From IMG/VR virus record IMGVR_UViG_3300011335_000585, positions 1-35,129 of that record: a stretch of 35,129 bases of DNA. The stretch is one strand, 5' to 3'. Both the position numbers and the translations under genes were made by a program. Positions 7,577-18,722 of the stretch are shown here, one piece after another. The DNA is from a virus (Duplodnaviria > Caudoviricetes). The notes beneath the pieces are model-generated. The model did not search any database and was not told where the DNA came from. It saw only the letters and a list, made by a program, of their open reading frames with translations. Every line of letters begins with the position of its first letter. Positions within the stretch are counted from its first letter, which is position 1.

Positions 7577-10500
7577 CTATTCCTTCTCAGTACCAAATAT
7601 TACACCGCCAAGTCCCTTGTCAGAAATAACCTCTGAAATGTTCTGGCTTGGAGCTTTTTCTTTCCTTCTCTTGATTGCTTCATATCGAGATATCGATGTA
7701 CCCGGAACGTTGTCTGTAATCCAATCAGAATATTTATCGTCTCGATTTGTCAAACCAGCTCCAAACACATTGATTAACTGTTTAAAGTAATCAGCAGGTA
7801 TGTTTTCAATAGTTTGATTAGGGTCTCCTGCAGCAACTTTATGTTGACGCTTTAGATTAATATCTTTTAACTGATCAGTAAAACCAATAGGCAACATACT
7901 TGTTGTAAATCTACTTAACGCAGGTGGTAGATTCTCAATACCCGGAACCCATGAGAAGTTGTTTACTATTTCATTTCGCCAAATTTTGTAATCTGGATCG
8001 GATTCCCATGCGTTGTCACCAGCAAATGTTTTACCAGTGGTTCCTGTTTTTGCAACTTGAATAGTTGGACCTAATTGATTTTCAATATATTGTTTCCATG
8101 CCCAGCTTGGCAATTTCTCCATTGACGTTGGCGTAGTAGACTTTAATTGATCTAACTGCTTAATACCAGAAGACATACCACCGGGCATAGGCGCATTGTA
8201 GCTTTTATCTCCAACATCAATTGTCATCACGTTTCCAAAAAGAAAATCAGTTGCAAATGTCATTGCTTGTTTCTTCTTCTTTTGATCTTGACCAAACACT
8301 GCTGCTAGTGCAGCCGTTATTGCAGCTGCCGACCCAAATGCTTGTAAAGCGCGTGAAGCTGCATAACCCATTATGATTCTACGTTTTAAGAACTGCTTTA
8401 CCTCAGGACTGAAACCACCTTCAGTCGTGTCTGCAAATATACGTTTTTCTAAACTAACGTTAGCAATATCTTTATCAAAGAACTTATTACTTACAGCATT
8501 AGCAGCAAGTTTAGAACCGTAAATCAATCGACCAACAATAGGAGTCAACAACAAACGAGATCGTCGATACGACAAAGACGTAAAGGCTGTATGTAACGTA
8601 CGTTGGGCAAATGATAAGTACTTATTAGGGCTAACGCTTCCACGTTGCATTCCTTGCAATAAGTTAATTGCTTCTGCGGAATCATGAAGTTGTTTAGATT
8701 TAAACTGCTGAATACCCTGAATAGTATATTCCGGTGTCAACATTGCTTCAGTTTCTAAATAACGTTTTTGGAACTCACTAATCGCTGCAATGTCTTTCCA
8801 CAAAGCGTTGAATCGTTCCATTTGCGACACACCCGGAAACAGTTTTTGCGCATACTTAGAATCACCGTAATAATCCGAAAGACGTAAATTCAACGGGATG
8901 TCGGTCTTCATTACATCAGGGTCATTACCAAGCGCTTCAGAGTATTCTCGATACCATTTCAAATACTCTAAGTTTAATCCGTAATGGCTCATCATTTCTA
9001 AAGACAATGTAGGTACGCGCTCAAGCATATTCTGGACATGTATATGAGCAGCATTATCACCAAAACGTGTATTCTTACCTTTACCCTTCATCATTCCGTA
9101 TAGCTGTCCCGGCGCATTAGGAAGCATAGTTTTCCAAGCTCCTAACGCACTAAACAATGGACCTCGTTTTAAATCTGGATGTAATCCTTGTCCATATTTC
9201 TTAGCCCAAAAATAATGCTCAGCTCCTACAAGGAAGTTACTTGTAAACCATGACTGGTTACTCGCAACGCTTAAGTCTCCGGATAATTTAAGTGTTCTCC
9301 AAAACCCATCAAACTCGCTAACGGCATGAGAGACAGCAGTTCCAACTAGATGCCATCCTTTTTTATTCATTCCACCTCTGGTTTGAATTACGCCATCTTT
9401 ATCAACATCAACAGCAATTTCATCATCGCCTAATGTTTTATCTAGTGTCACAAGAACATCAGTAGGTTCAGAATCCTGATCTAATGTTTCTTGACTTTCG
9501 TTCATTGGTTTAGATACGTCATATGCAAAATCATCAGCATCGTATCCATCACTAAATAGGCTGTTGCCCTTCCATTCCTTCCAACTATTTGCAGCTTGTA
9601 AACTACGCTTTCCTTCATCAGTTTCTTTTACGTCCTGACGTGAAAGAGGATCTTGACCTGCCTTTGGTTCAAAGTTTGCGCTTGCGTTGCCGTTTTCGTC
9701 GTACGTATTAAAGAAGTTGCTTTCTTTGCGCAAATCTTTTACGGCCTCAATGCTTAGTAGTTTACGTGCAACGTACGTTTCAAACGGCGCAATTGGCAAA
9801 CCCGGTAAGCCGTGTGAAGGACCTAATGTTCTACGATTTACATCAGCCGATTGAACTGACCCATAATCTGTGAAGGTAACAATATGTTTCCCCGCCTTGT
9901 ATTCAACAGATATTTTTACATGACGCATTTGTAAATTGCCGTCTGGTACAGGCGATCCATTTGCGTAATCATTTGTCATTTCAAATAACTGCACCATATT
10001 TTTTGGTTTTAATGACGCATCGAATCTTTGAGTAGGTGACGATCCAGTTGCAATATACAAAGGAAGTGTAGATTCAAAAGATTGTGTACCGTTCTGTTTG
10101 TTTAGGTCAACCATTCCCTTTTCAACCATACGTTTGACTTGGAAAAGTCCAGAAGCATTTACGTTGGCTGTAGCAGCAAATAAATCTGAATCAAGCCAAT
10201 CATCTATAACAATAGAATCCTTGGTTAAATTCCCGTTGTTTGCATCATCAACCATAGACCAGTTGACAGCATTTACCTTTTTAGGTACAGATTGAGGGAA
10301 GCGTGACCTATCAAATGCACCACCTAATCCACTTGATGGATCCATAGCATTGCGAATGATTGTCCAGCCTTCAATAACACCATTGGTAACTACTGGGACA
10401 GCAGGACGCACAGCCCCAGTATCATGATCAATGGCTACATACGCGGTGTTGAGTTCATTATCTGGGATAGCTTGTGATAATCGGTTTTCAACACCCTTGT

Positions 10501-13500
10501 TCCGCATAATTAAAAACGGAGCTTTTTTACGGGTATTGTATTTAACTCCAGCCAATTCCCATTGACCATAAGATCTCATTGCTGCAGAACGGTTTCCAAC
10601 ATCCATTGCCATAGAGTTAGCAACCGACAAGAATGACGCAGCATGCTGTCCAGCAGGAGACCGACTAATGTTGTCTACTAATTGAATGATGCTCATGTTG
10701 TTGAGTTTTGCTGCGCCTTCAAGAGCAGATAAAACAAAATCACGTTGAGCACTGTGGTTTGGTGTCCACTCAGAATTTTTACTTTGTATTCGACCAAACT
10801 GCTTCTTTAATACATCAACATCAATGCCACCGTCTGCATACAACGGGTCAGTAGCACCAGCAGTCAAACTACGTAACGAATACAAAACGTCATCTAATCC
10901 AATTTCACCAGTGACGCTATGTTTATCAATAGCATCTTCAATAACCCTCAATACAGAAGAACCCGTCTCGCCTAAACCATCTTGTTCATTTGTAAGTAAC
11001 GCTTCAAATTTATCTGCGGTTGGAGAGTTTAAAATAGCTTTAGCAAACTTAGTTTGCACATCGCTTGGTAATCCAAGCACAGCACTTGCTACATCTTTAA
11101 CAACACGAATGACAGGAGTAGCATCTCCACTTCTTCCAACATGGAACATGTCAGTTAATGCGTTTGTGTTACCTTCTTCACTTGTTAATAAGCTTGATGA
11201 ATATTGGTCTTTACTTTCACCATTCTTGTCAACAAACTTAACCATAAGCGGATTGTCATCAACATCTAACGAGAAAATGGTGCGTCGCAAACCATCAATA
11301 GTATTAACGATGTCTTTTTGAACAGCGTCCTTGTTGTCTACTGAAAGCGTCTCTAAGTAATCATGAAATTGATTACGAGCTACACGTGCAGACTTTTGCA
11401 TACTTTCACTAGCGTCTATTGCATCGTTCATGCGTCCAGCTGCACCTTCAGCGGTTAACGCATACTCTGTTTGGTTTTTATCAAAACTGCTCATGTTCAC
11501 AGATGGCATAGCGTCTAAGTTAAGACCTACCTTGGCAACACGAGTTTTCAATGCATTGTATGTAGCGTAGTCGGCTTGTCCCATACCGGTTATTTGGATT
11601 ACGTTATTTCGTGCATACATGTCATACATGAGCGCAGATAACGTAGAATTCCAACCCGGTGTAGTTCCACTGATACGAGCATTGCGCATAGCAAATAATT
11701 GATCTGGCGTAACAATTGCTATCTGCTGCGTTGTTTTACTTGATGCATTAACTAAACCGTATGTAACACCTGCAATATCTTTTGAACGGATTTGCCGGTT
11801 GTTAATTCGATCGACAAAAATGCCGTCGTGTTCATCTAATGCGTAATAGTTTTTACCATCAAGTGTAAATGCAGGTTGCGCGTTCTTTTTAATTAGTAAC
11901 AACTCGCTTGATGAACCGGGTTTAAGGTGTACATAATTTGTACGAACAGACATTGCATGTGATTCAGTACCTTTTTTAGAGACTCCCGGCGGTACTGATT
12001 CTATACTAGTTGGTAGTGCAGTCGAATCTAATTTAACCAACTTTCCATTCACCTCTTTGAACAAAGGGAACGTTGGCAATCCAGCACGATTATTAGTAAT
12101 GAACGACACTACGGAATCTTTAGGTAGGCGTCCGTAAGCTTTCGGCTTTCCGTTAGCATCTGTAACCACAAATGAGTTATTAAAACGCAACTTCCAGTTG
12201 TGGCCGGATGCTATAACTCCTTGATTAGATCCATTGACAGTGTAATCAGGAGCAAATGATTTATTACCACTCCGATTCATTAACTGGACTGCTTGATTTA
12301 TAAATGCGCCCATCTTGTTGAATACACCACCGGTGGTATATGCAATTCCAAAATTGACACCGTCATAAATAGGCTTCATGCCCATTGAGCCAGTAACAAG
12401 AGAAGACACAACTAACTCATTAATAATAGGGTTCGTGTACAAAACATGCGATGTGTCAGCATGCATGTCAATTTCAGTTTCAAAAATTAACTTGTCGTAC
12501 GCACTCTGCAAGTCAGCATTGTAGGGGTCCTCGTTAATTAAGTCTTGTAATGACTTCTTCTTCTTGGAGAGCATTTCAATTTCTTTATTGAGTTGCTCAC
12601 GTGCATTTACTAAATCAGCTTGTGCTCCTTCTTTGTTAGTAGGAGACACGCTGTCTAACCCTTGTGCTTTAGCAACAGCATCTAAAACATTCTTAGCATA
12701 AAGCAACTTGCTGGTAAGTGGCATTGTGTGAAATAAGCCATGATGTAGTTCATGGCCCAAGCTTAATATGTCACGAGATCTATTAGTCGTGCGATTTAGA
12801 TGCAACAGTAAATTTACAGATGCACGTTCACCAGCGCTGTTCAACGTCCCAAAGGTTAAACTTCCAAAAGAATCAAACAGCTGACCTTGTCCTGCATTAG
12901 CGGGAGAAGCAGTTACAACTAATCGTCCGTTATTTGTGTAGAAGTCGCGTTGTAATGTAGCAATACGAGACGTGTAAATATATGTAGATAGCTTTTGAGC
13001 ATAATCTGCATTCTTTGGAAAGGCTTCGTCAATAACGCTACGAGCACTACGGCCAGACTTGTTCTTGATAAATAATGGCTCACCATTTTTTACCTTATCA
13101 ATCAATGAGTCAAGACCAGCAATGAGGTCTGGATCTCGCTGAACTTGCCTGAATGCTTCTAACGTTTGTAAGATTTGATCATTTGCATCTTGAACATGGC
13201 CAACTGAAAATTCATATTCAGCATGACGAGCTGCATATGCATACGTGTGTAAATCATATGCATCTGCATACGCCTTTGCAAGCTGATCAACAACAGCTTT
13301 AACCTCAGCAGGTGCATCGGTACTTACATTCATAGCTTTTCTAAATGCTACGACAAGCCCTTCTTTATTAGATGCAAGAGTGCCTTCAACGGAATACGGT
13401 TCACTGCTTGGAGTCTGCGCTCCTGACAAAGGAATATCTGAAAATGGGAACGTAACTGGAACATCCACTGCTGCAGGTTGACCTTGTTCGCTAAGCCACG

Positions 13501-16500
13501 CATTACTTTCTTCGTGAGAAGTAAGTATTGATGCAGCTTCTTCCTTTGTCATACCTTCTGGCAATGTCTTTGGCAGTACGTTATCAACAGTTAAATCAAA
13601 TACGCGGCCTTTTAATTCACTACTAGTAGCTTGATCAATTCTGATAATTGGTTTCTTTGATCCACCAGTAGCTTCTTGCGCTCGTGCAATAGCCTCTGCT
13701 CGTGCTGTAGATAACTCAAGGGATCGCATCGCTCGATTACTAATAGTATTGAAAAGCTTTTTAGCCTCATTTGAGAATCCCTCAGCAGGACTAAAATTGG
13801 TTTTTAAATTACGTAAACCTAGCGTTACAGCCAAGTTTAATGATTCAACAAAACCACGCCGCTTTTCATCAGAGGTTGCCTTCTCAGCTTTTGGACCAGT
13901 GTAAATATCGTATGCATCTTGTACATGCTTGACCATTTCCCTGTAAACATCTGCTGGAACAAGCTGTTCAAAAGGATAAATTAAGTCAGTTAGATTTTCC
14001 AGTGTTGCGTTTTCTAAATCCTGCAACATCATTACTGAAGCATGCATGTCATTGCTTGCGTCAACAAATTGACCAAGCGTTCTATTCCTAACGTGATCAG
14101 CAATCTCAGCAACAGTTATCTTTGAACCCGGAAAACGAATGTTCGTAAATAATGTTTGGAATGTAGCTTGATCAATATCTTGACTTGCTAACTCCTTAAA
14201 AATCAAATCACGCATAGCGGAAGCTGATTGACCATCTAATGTTTTTAAGAATGCATTGACATCTGCAATGTTGCCTTGTCCGTTAGGTTTATTGATTTCC
14301 TGTACAGATAAAGCTACTCCAGATTCGGAAATGCTTTTCTTAAAAGCAGCAATCTCACTCTTAACCATCGCTTCGTAAGAAGCACGAGTTGTATTTTTAG
14401 CTGTAGGTAATCGACCTCTAGATGCTTCTATGTTTGCATACGCCATCGCATTAACAACGTCAGCCATTGTATACGGCGAGGTAGATTTCTTAGTATCTAA
14501 TCCCTTACCAGACAACTTTTGCATTGTTTCAAATAAAAGACTCTGTTGTGCCGGAGTTAATTTAGCAACTCGTTTCCAAGCATCACCATTTACTAAGCCA
14601 CGCCCATTTAAAAATGTACGTAATTTAGGAATAACCATCGATAACGCAACTGTATGAGAAGACAAATATGCGCGTGTGTCGTTATCTATATCTGGATTGT
14701 TACGTAAATACTGCTTTATTGCGTTTTCAACATTACGGGTATTCCAGTTATGCAATATACGCATAGCGTGTTCATGCGCTTGTTTTGGTGTTGTCTCAGT
14801 ACCGACAAAGTCACCACTCAATAATGTTGATGCATCATCGATCAAATTGATAATGCGCTTTTCTGAAGTCAACCAATCAGATACACCACTTAACGCATGA
14901 TTCAATTTAGATAGCTGATTTAAATCTTTAATTGGATCTAAATCCATTGAAAGCATTGCGTGAATGATTGACTCTTTGTGAGTAACCGATACATTGTCAT
15001 CATTTAAGATGTTAACAAGCCCATCGGATAAAGCCTCAGCCGTGACAATTTTATCTGCGGATACATCTAGAACTAACTTGCGAACATGTTCTACAGTACC
15101 TTCTTCGCGTAGACGACTTACAACCGCACCACGTTCTGGTCCATACAAACGTTCGTTTGCTTCTGCATCAACAGGAACGCGTGGAGTCTCAGTTACTACA
15201 TCAAGTCCCTCAGTGGATGCTTCACCAGAAGTGTTTAATGTAGGATCTTCAGTTACTTCACCGCGTTGTTTAGCATAATACGATTCAATGTCTGCAACAC
15301 TCTTGATAGGAATCATAGAGTTGCCTTCAGCATTTAAACGCGGTTGCACCAATGGGGATAAGTTATCTGGATGTACAAGTACGGTACGTCCGCCCTCTCC
15401 TTCAATAAGACCCGGTAGTTCATTAGCTAACTTTACGTGAACTCCATCTTTATCAATCTTTACAACAACACCTTTATCGTGACCTGCTCTAGCTAAAGTA
15501 GATGCACGTGTTTTATTGTCTTCATCTACATAGTCTGTAAATTGAACAACATCACCTTCCATAATTGGTTGCTCGTTGTGATATTTGTTGTACGTTACAG
15601 TAGCATCGCTTGGCTTACCCGTACGATTAATAAATAGTAATCGTTGTAATATCTCGCTATTTGCGTCATTTAAAATAAAAGCCCTGTCTTCTCCAGATGT
15701 TTCAACAAGTGACAGTTTTGCTGCTGCATCGTCAGAGATTTGCTTAATAGTCTTCTGTTGCTTTGCGGTAACAAAAATACGAACTTCATTTCCCTCAGGC
15801 ATTGTGACGTCGTAATAATGAGGGTGGTTATTAGCACGTGCTTGGGTATACAGATTATTGGCATACCGTGATCCAATAACAGTCTCCATCCGTGCATCGA
15901 TTGGTGGCATAACAGGAGCTGCTTTATTTTCAGCCGTATCAGTTGCCAAAGACCTACGAATTACAGCACCGTTAGGCAATTGATATGTGTTGAAAGCATT
16001 ATCTGTATCAATCTTACGAGCTGGTAACGCACCTCTAAATCCGCGAGTTGATTTACCTGCAAAAATTAATGAAGGGAACAAATCACGGTTAGCACTACGG
16101 AAATCAGTACGTGTGTAATTTACCGCTGTGCCTTCACCATCCTCAGCAACACTAGTTCCAAATTCGGTAGCAAGTTCACTAATCATATTAGTTACTTGTT
16201 CTTTTTTAGAAGCAGGGATTGTTTGGTCTAATTCACGTGGAGTTAATTCAAGAATTGTGTGGACATTATTGTTGGATTTATCTACAACAATACGACCGTT
16301 GCCAAAACCGACGTAAGCATATTTTATGATTGCTCCGTCTGGTGTTTGGTGAGACCATTCTACTTGACTGTATTGACGCTGATTCATTTTGCGAATACCT
16401 CGAATGAGGTTTTCTCTTGGTAGCGTCCCAGTCTTTAACTCAAACGTATCAGGATTTAATTCTGAAGCTGGTATACGTAAATCATCGGATACAAATACAT

Positions 16501-18709
16501 CATCTAAATTATGTGAGTAATACACCTTCTTCGGCCCAGTATCAGTATCAATAACCATAGAAGCCATTGGGATTGAACGCTGGTTTGTTTCCATCTGGTT
16601 ACTTGCAGATTCACCAGTAATTGGAGTAGGTGACGGAGTTTTTCTTACTTGGAGTAAAACCTTTTGAGCTAAAATGTCCGAACCAATTTTTGTGTAATCA
16701 CGTAATCGTGGATTAATTTGTTCGTATATAGTTGCAGGATCAGGTCCCCTAAGGAAACCAGCATCACGCCCACGTTGTATTTGATCGGCTTTGCTTTGCT
16801 CTGTTTCAGACAAAACTCTTTCAATAGCAAGATTACGACCAGCGCCAAGAGAATTCATAACTTCTTGGTTTACAACAGGTTGGAAATTACCTGTATCTTG
16901 AACCTGTGCATATTTCTTTGCAGTGGGAAGCTGATTAATTACAGCCGCAGTGCCATCAACGCTACCCGGAAAATAAGCACCCGGTACTAACTGATCAAGT
17001 TCTTGGCTAACATAAGCTAAAGCCTGTTCACTAGTTAAGCCATAGTTACGTGTTAGGTGCTGAAGGACTGGAGCCTTTGTAAATAAATCATTTAACTTTT
17101 CTTTTCGCTGTGCGCCAATAGCATATTTAATTTCGGCGTCACGAGCAAATCCCGACTGCCATTTATTCATCTTGCCTACTAATGAATTAGGCTTAGCATA
17201 TGGCATTAACATACCTGCACCCGCACTAATTACATCTGCGGGATTAGGCATGGGATTGTTTTCTGGATCAGCAATAGCGTATCCAGTTTGTAATGCAGGT
17301 ACGGCTAAGTTAGATGCAGCATCTATAGCAAACGGACTCATATTCGTTAATGCGTCACGCATACCTAACTTAGGTGCTGCGTCTACAGCAAGCCCCATAC
17401 CCTTTGCGCCAGTAGTTAATTGATTGACGGTAGATTTAGCAGCTGCAGAAGCCGAAATAGCTCTAACGTTATTAATAGCTGACTTTAAATTATCTTTATA
17501 ACTACCTGCTCCAATAGCAGGTTTTCTTGTAACAATAGATGCTATTAATCCAGCAGCAACTAACAAAGGAGACGTTGCTGGCGCCATCATGCCAGACATT
17601 TGCATTGATTGTTCAGACGCTGCACCAAATGCACCTGCTTGTTTACGAGCAGCACCAAGAGGGTTACCAAGAGCGTTAAAACGAGCGTCACCCGTTAAGT
17701 ATTCTAATCCTGCTCCAGCTACCTGTCCCACTAAGCTAAGGCCATTCATGACAGCAACAGAAAGGCCAACTTGAGGACCAAGTGCTTGTGCAGCAAGAGT
17801 TCCACCAACTGCTGCTCCGTAACCTTGGCCAAAATTTAACGTCTGCATACCAGTAGCTTGACCTACGTTACGAGGATCAACATTGCCTCCAACTGTACTA
17901 GCAACTTTTTGTGCAGCTTCTTCAGGAGTTTGATCAGGGTCAAATGCGTTGACTACTGCTGCACGTCCCATATTAAATGTATTTGGATCAATGCGTTGGC
18001 CACTGCCAGTCCAATCAGTCAGACTTGAGCCTGTTGGCTGTAATGTATTTTCTGCAGCACCAACAATATCAAATAAAGCATTAGCACCAGCTTTATACGT
18101 ACCAATGGCTGTATCACTAGCTAACTTCTTATTGAATACACTTGATGCTTGTTTACGAATATCATCATAAGCAACAGCCGTTTCCCACGGTTTTGTAAGG
18201 CTTTTTTGCTCAGTTGCTAAACCTTCTCGCTTACGGTTTTGTCTATTTGCAACATCACTGAATGATTGACTAAAATCATAATTTCCGTCATTGATCCAGT
18301 AACTTCGTAACAATGGCCGTTCTTTACCAGACGTACTGTCTACATACGTTGCTGGCTTATTATCGCTTGTGAGCATAGGCATCTTTGCAGTTTCTGCTCT
18401 AATGTCCTGATAGCGTTTTAAGCGACTACGGTATCCTTTGTCATCGACTAACCCAGCTGTTTTAGCCTCATTTAAAACAGCTGAGGTGACATCTACACCA
18501 TTTTGTTTACGAATTAAAAAAGCGTAGTCAGGATTAACACGTTGTGGTTTGCCAACTGTAGCATCAAACTGACGTAACCAAGAAGTAATTTGTGCGTGTT
18601 CAGGATTCTTAGGCAGTGCTGATCGCTTTTTATCAAGCGGCTGGCCATCCATAACCCACTCAAATTTACGTGTAACAGGGTTATATTTCTGCGTTTTACC
18701 TTGAGGCAT
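7577..18709 (-). CDS. Giant internal virion / DNA ejection (cargo) protein, 3710 aa, with zincin HExxH motif
   Basis: Last of three genes after the nozzle; Gly/Ala-rich hydrophobic N-terminal part; HELHH at aa 1986-1990; SH3/KOW-like segment around aa 1050-1120; helical C-terminal region resembling polyvalent-protein C-termini; no Cys seen. Confidence 0.75.
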   Translation of the reverse strand: MPQGKTQKYNPVTRKFEWVMDGQPLDKKRSALPKNPEHAQITSWLRQFDATVGKPQRVNPDYAFLIRKQNGVDVTSAVLNEAKTAGLVDDKGYRSRLKRYQDIRAETAKMPMLTSDNKPATYVDSTSGKERPLLRSYWINDGNYDFSQSFSDVANRQNRKREGLATEQKSLTKPWETAVAYDDIRKQASSVFNKKLASDTAIGTYKAGANALFDIVGAAENTLQPTGSSLTDWTGSGQRIDPNTFNMGRAAVVNAFDPDQTPEEAAQKVASTVGGNVDPRNVGQATGMQTLNFGQGYGAAVGGTLAAQALGPQVGLSVAVMNGLSLVGQVAGAGLEYLTGDARFNALGNPLGAARKQAGAFGAASEQSMQMSGMMAPATSPLLVAAGLIASIVTRKPAIGAGSYKDNLKSAINNVRAISASAAAKSTVNQLTTGAKGMGLAVDAAPKLGMRDALTNMSPFAIDAASNLAVPALQTGYAIADPENNPMPNPADVISAGAGMLMPYAKPNSLVGKMNKWQSGFARDAEIKYAIGAQRKEKLNDLFTKAPVLQHLTRNYGLTSEQALAYVSQELDQLVPGAYFPGSVDGTAAVINQLPTAKKYAQVQDTGNFQPVVNQEVMNSLGAGRNLAIERVLSETEQSKADQIQRGRDAGFLRGPDPATIYEQINPRLRDYTKIGSDILAQKVLLQVRKTPSPTPITGESASNQMETNQRSIPMASMVIDTDTGPKKVYYSHNLDDVFVSDDLRIPASELNPDTFELKTGTLPRENLIRGIRKMNQRQYSQVEWSHQTPDGAIIKYAYVGFGNGRIVVDKSNNNVHTILELTPRELDQTIPASKKEQVTNMISELATEFGTSVAEDGEGTAVNYTRTDFRSANRDLFPSLIFAGKSTRGFRGALPARKIDTDNAFNTYQLPNGAVIRRSLATDTAENKAAPVMPPIDARMETVIGSRYANNLYTQARANNHPHYYDVTMPEGNEVRIFVTAKQQKTIKQISDDAAAKLSLVETSGEDRAFILNDANSEILQRLLFINRTGKPSDATVTYNKYHNEQPIMEGDVVQFTDYVDEDNKTRASTLARAGHDKGVVVKIDKDGVHVKLANELPGLIEGEGGRTVLVHPDNLSPLVQPRLNAEGNSMIPIKSVADIESYYAKQRGEVTEDPTLNTSGEASTEGLDVVTETPRVPVDAEANERLYGPERGAVVSRLREEGTVEHVRKLVLDVSADKIVTAEALSDGLVNILNDDNVSVTHKESIIHAMLSMDLDPIKDLNQLSKLNHALSGVSDWLTSEKRIINLIDDASTLLSGDFVGTETTPKQAHEHAMRILHNWNTRNVENAIKQYLRNNPDIDNDTRAYLSSHTVALSMVIPKLRTFLNGRGLVNGDAWKRVAKLTPAQQSLLFETMQKLSGKGLDTKKSTSPYTMADVVNAMAYANIEASRGRLPTAKNTTRASYEAMVKSEIAAFKKSISESGVALSVQEINKPNGQGNIADVNAFLKTLDGQSASAMRDLIFKELASQDIDQATFQTLFTNIRFPGSKITVAEIADHVRNRTLGQFVDASNDMHASVMMLQDLENATLENLTDLIYPFEQLVPADVYREMVKHVQDAYDIYTGPKAEKATSDEKRRGFVESLNLAVTLGLRNLKTNFSPAEGFSNEAKKLFNTISNRAMRSLELSTARAEAIARAQEATGGSKKPIIRIDQATSSELKGRVFDLTVDNVLPKTLPEGMTKEEAASILTSHEESNAWLSEQGQPAAVDVPVTFPFSDIPLSGAQTPSSEPYSVEGTLASNKEGLVVAFRKAMNVSTDAPAEVKAVVDQLAKAYADAYDLHTYAYAARHAEYEFSVGHVQDANDQILQTLEAFRQVQRDPDLIAGLDSLIDKVKNGEPLFIKNKSGRSARSVIDEAFPKNADYAQKLSTYIYTSRIATLQRDFYTNNGRLVVTASPANAGQGQLFDSFGSLTFGTLNSAGERASVNLLLHLNRTTNRSRDILSLGHELHHGLFHTMPLTSKLLYAKNVLDAVAKAQGLDSVSPTNKEGAQADLVNAREQLNKEIEMLSKKKKSLQDLINEDPYNADLQSAYDKLIFETEIDMHADTSHVLYTNPIINELVVSSLVTGSMGMKPIYDGVNFGIAYTTGGVFNKMGAFINQAVQLMNRSGNKSFAPDYTVNGSNQGVIASGHNWKLRFNNSFVVTDANGKPKAYGRLPKDSVVSFITNNRAGLPTFPLFKEVNGKLVKLDSTALPTSIESVPPGVSKKGTESHAMSVRTNYVHLKPGSSSELLLIKKNAQPAFTLDGKNYYALDEHDGIFVDRINNRQIRSKDIAGVTYGLVNASSKTTQQIAIVTPDQLFAMRNARISGTTPGWNSTLSALMYDMYARNNVIQITGMGQADYATYNALKTRVAKVGLNLDAMPSVNMSSFDKNQTEYALTAEGAAGRMNDAIDASESMQKSARVARNQFHDYLETLSVDNKDAVQKDIVNTIDGLRRTIFSLDVDDNPLMVKFVDKNGESKDQYSSSLLTSEEGNTNALTDMFHVGRSGDATPVIRVVKDVASAVLGLPSDVQTKFAKAILNSPTADKFEALLTNEQDGLGETGSSVLRVIEDAIDKHSVTGEIGLDDVLYSLRSLTAGATDPLYADGGIDVDVLKKQFGRIQSKNSEWTPNHSAQRDFVLSALEGAAKLNNMSIIQLVDNISRSPAGQHAASFLSVANSMAMDVGNRSAAMRSYGQWELAGVKYNTRKKAPFLIMRNKGVENRLSQAIPDNELNTAYVAIDHDTGAVRPAVPVVTNGVIEGWTIIRNAMDPSSGLGGAFDRSRFPQSVPKKVNAVNWSMVDDANNGNLTKDSIVIDDWLDSDLFAATANVNASGLFQVKRMVEKGMVDLNKQNGTQSFESTLPLYIATGSSPTQRFDASLKPKNMVQLFEMTNDYANGSPVPDGNLQMRHVKISVEYKAGKHIVTFTDYGSVQSADVNRRTLGPSHGLPGLPIAPFETYVARKLLSIEAVKDLRKESNFFNTYDENGNASANFEPKAGQDPLSRQDVKETDEGKRSLQAANSWKEWKGNSLFSDGYDADDFAYDVSKPMNESQETLDQDSEPTDVLVTLDKTLGDDEIAVDVDKDGVIQTRGGMNKKGWHLVGTAVSHAVSEFDGFWRTLKLSGDLSVASNQSWFTSNFLVGAEHYFWAKKYGQGLHPDLKRGPLFSALGAWKTMLPNAPGQLYGMMKGKGKNTRFGDNAAHIHVQNMLERVPTLSLEMMSHYGLNLEYLKWYREYSEALGNDPDVMKTDIPLNLRLSDYYGDSKYAQKLFPGVSQMERFNALWKDIAAISEFQKRYLETEAMLTPEYTIQGIQQFKSKQLHDSAEAINLLQGMQRGSVSPNKYLSFAQRTLHTAFTSLSYRRSRLLLTPIVGRLIYGSKLAANAVSNKFFDKDIANVSLEKRIFADTTEGGFSPEVKQFLKRRIIMGYAASRALQAFGSAAAITAALAAVFGQDQKKKKQAMTFATDFLFGNVMTIDVGDKSYNAPMPGGMSSGIKQLDQLKSTTPTSMEKLPSWAWKQYIENQLGPTIQVAKTGTTGKTFAGDNAWESDPDYKIWRNEIVNNFSWVPGIENLPPALSRFTTSMLPIGFTDQLKDINLKRQHKVAAGDPNQTIENIPADYFKQLINVFGAGLTNRDDKYSDWITDNVPGTSISRYEAIKRRKEKAPSQNISEVISDKGLGGVIFGTEKE

Positions 18710-18722
18710 AACTCAAATCCTT

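Noticed and set aside
11752-11835. HDGIF and RSKDIAGVTYG in the giant protein resemble single-subunit polymerase motifs C and B
   Set aside because: Wrong order and spacing (needs R-x3-K-x7-YG before motif C), and no motif A or DxDGD seen; not called a virion RNA polymerase
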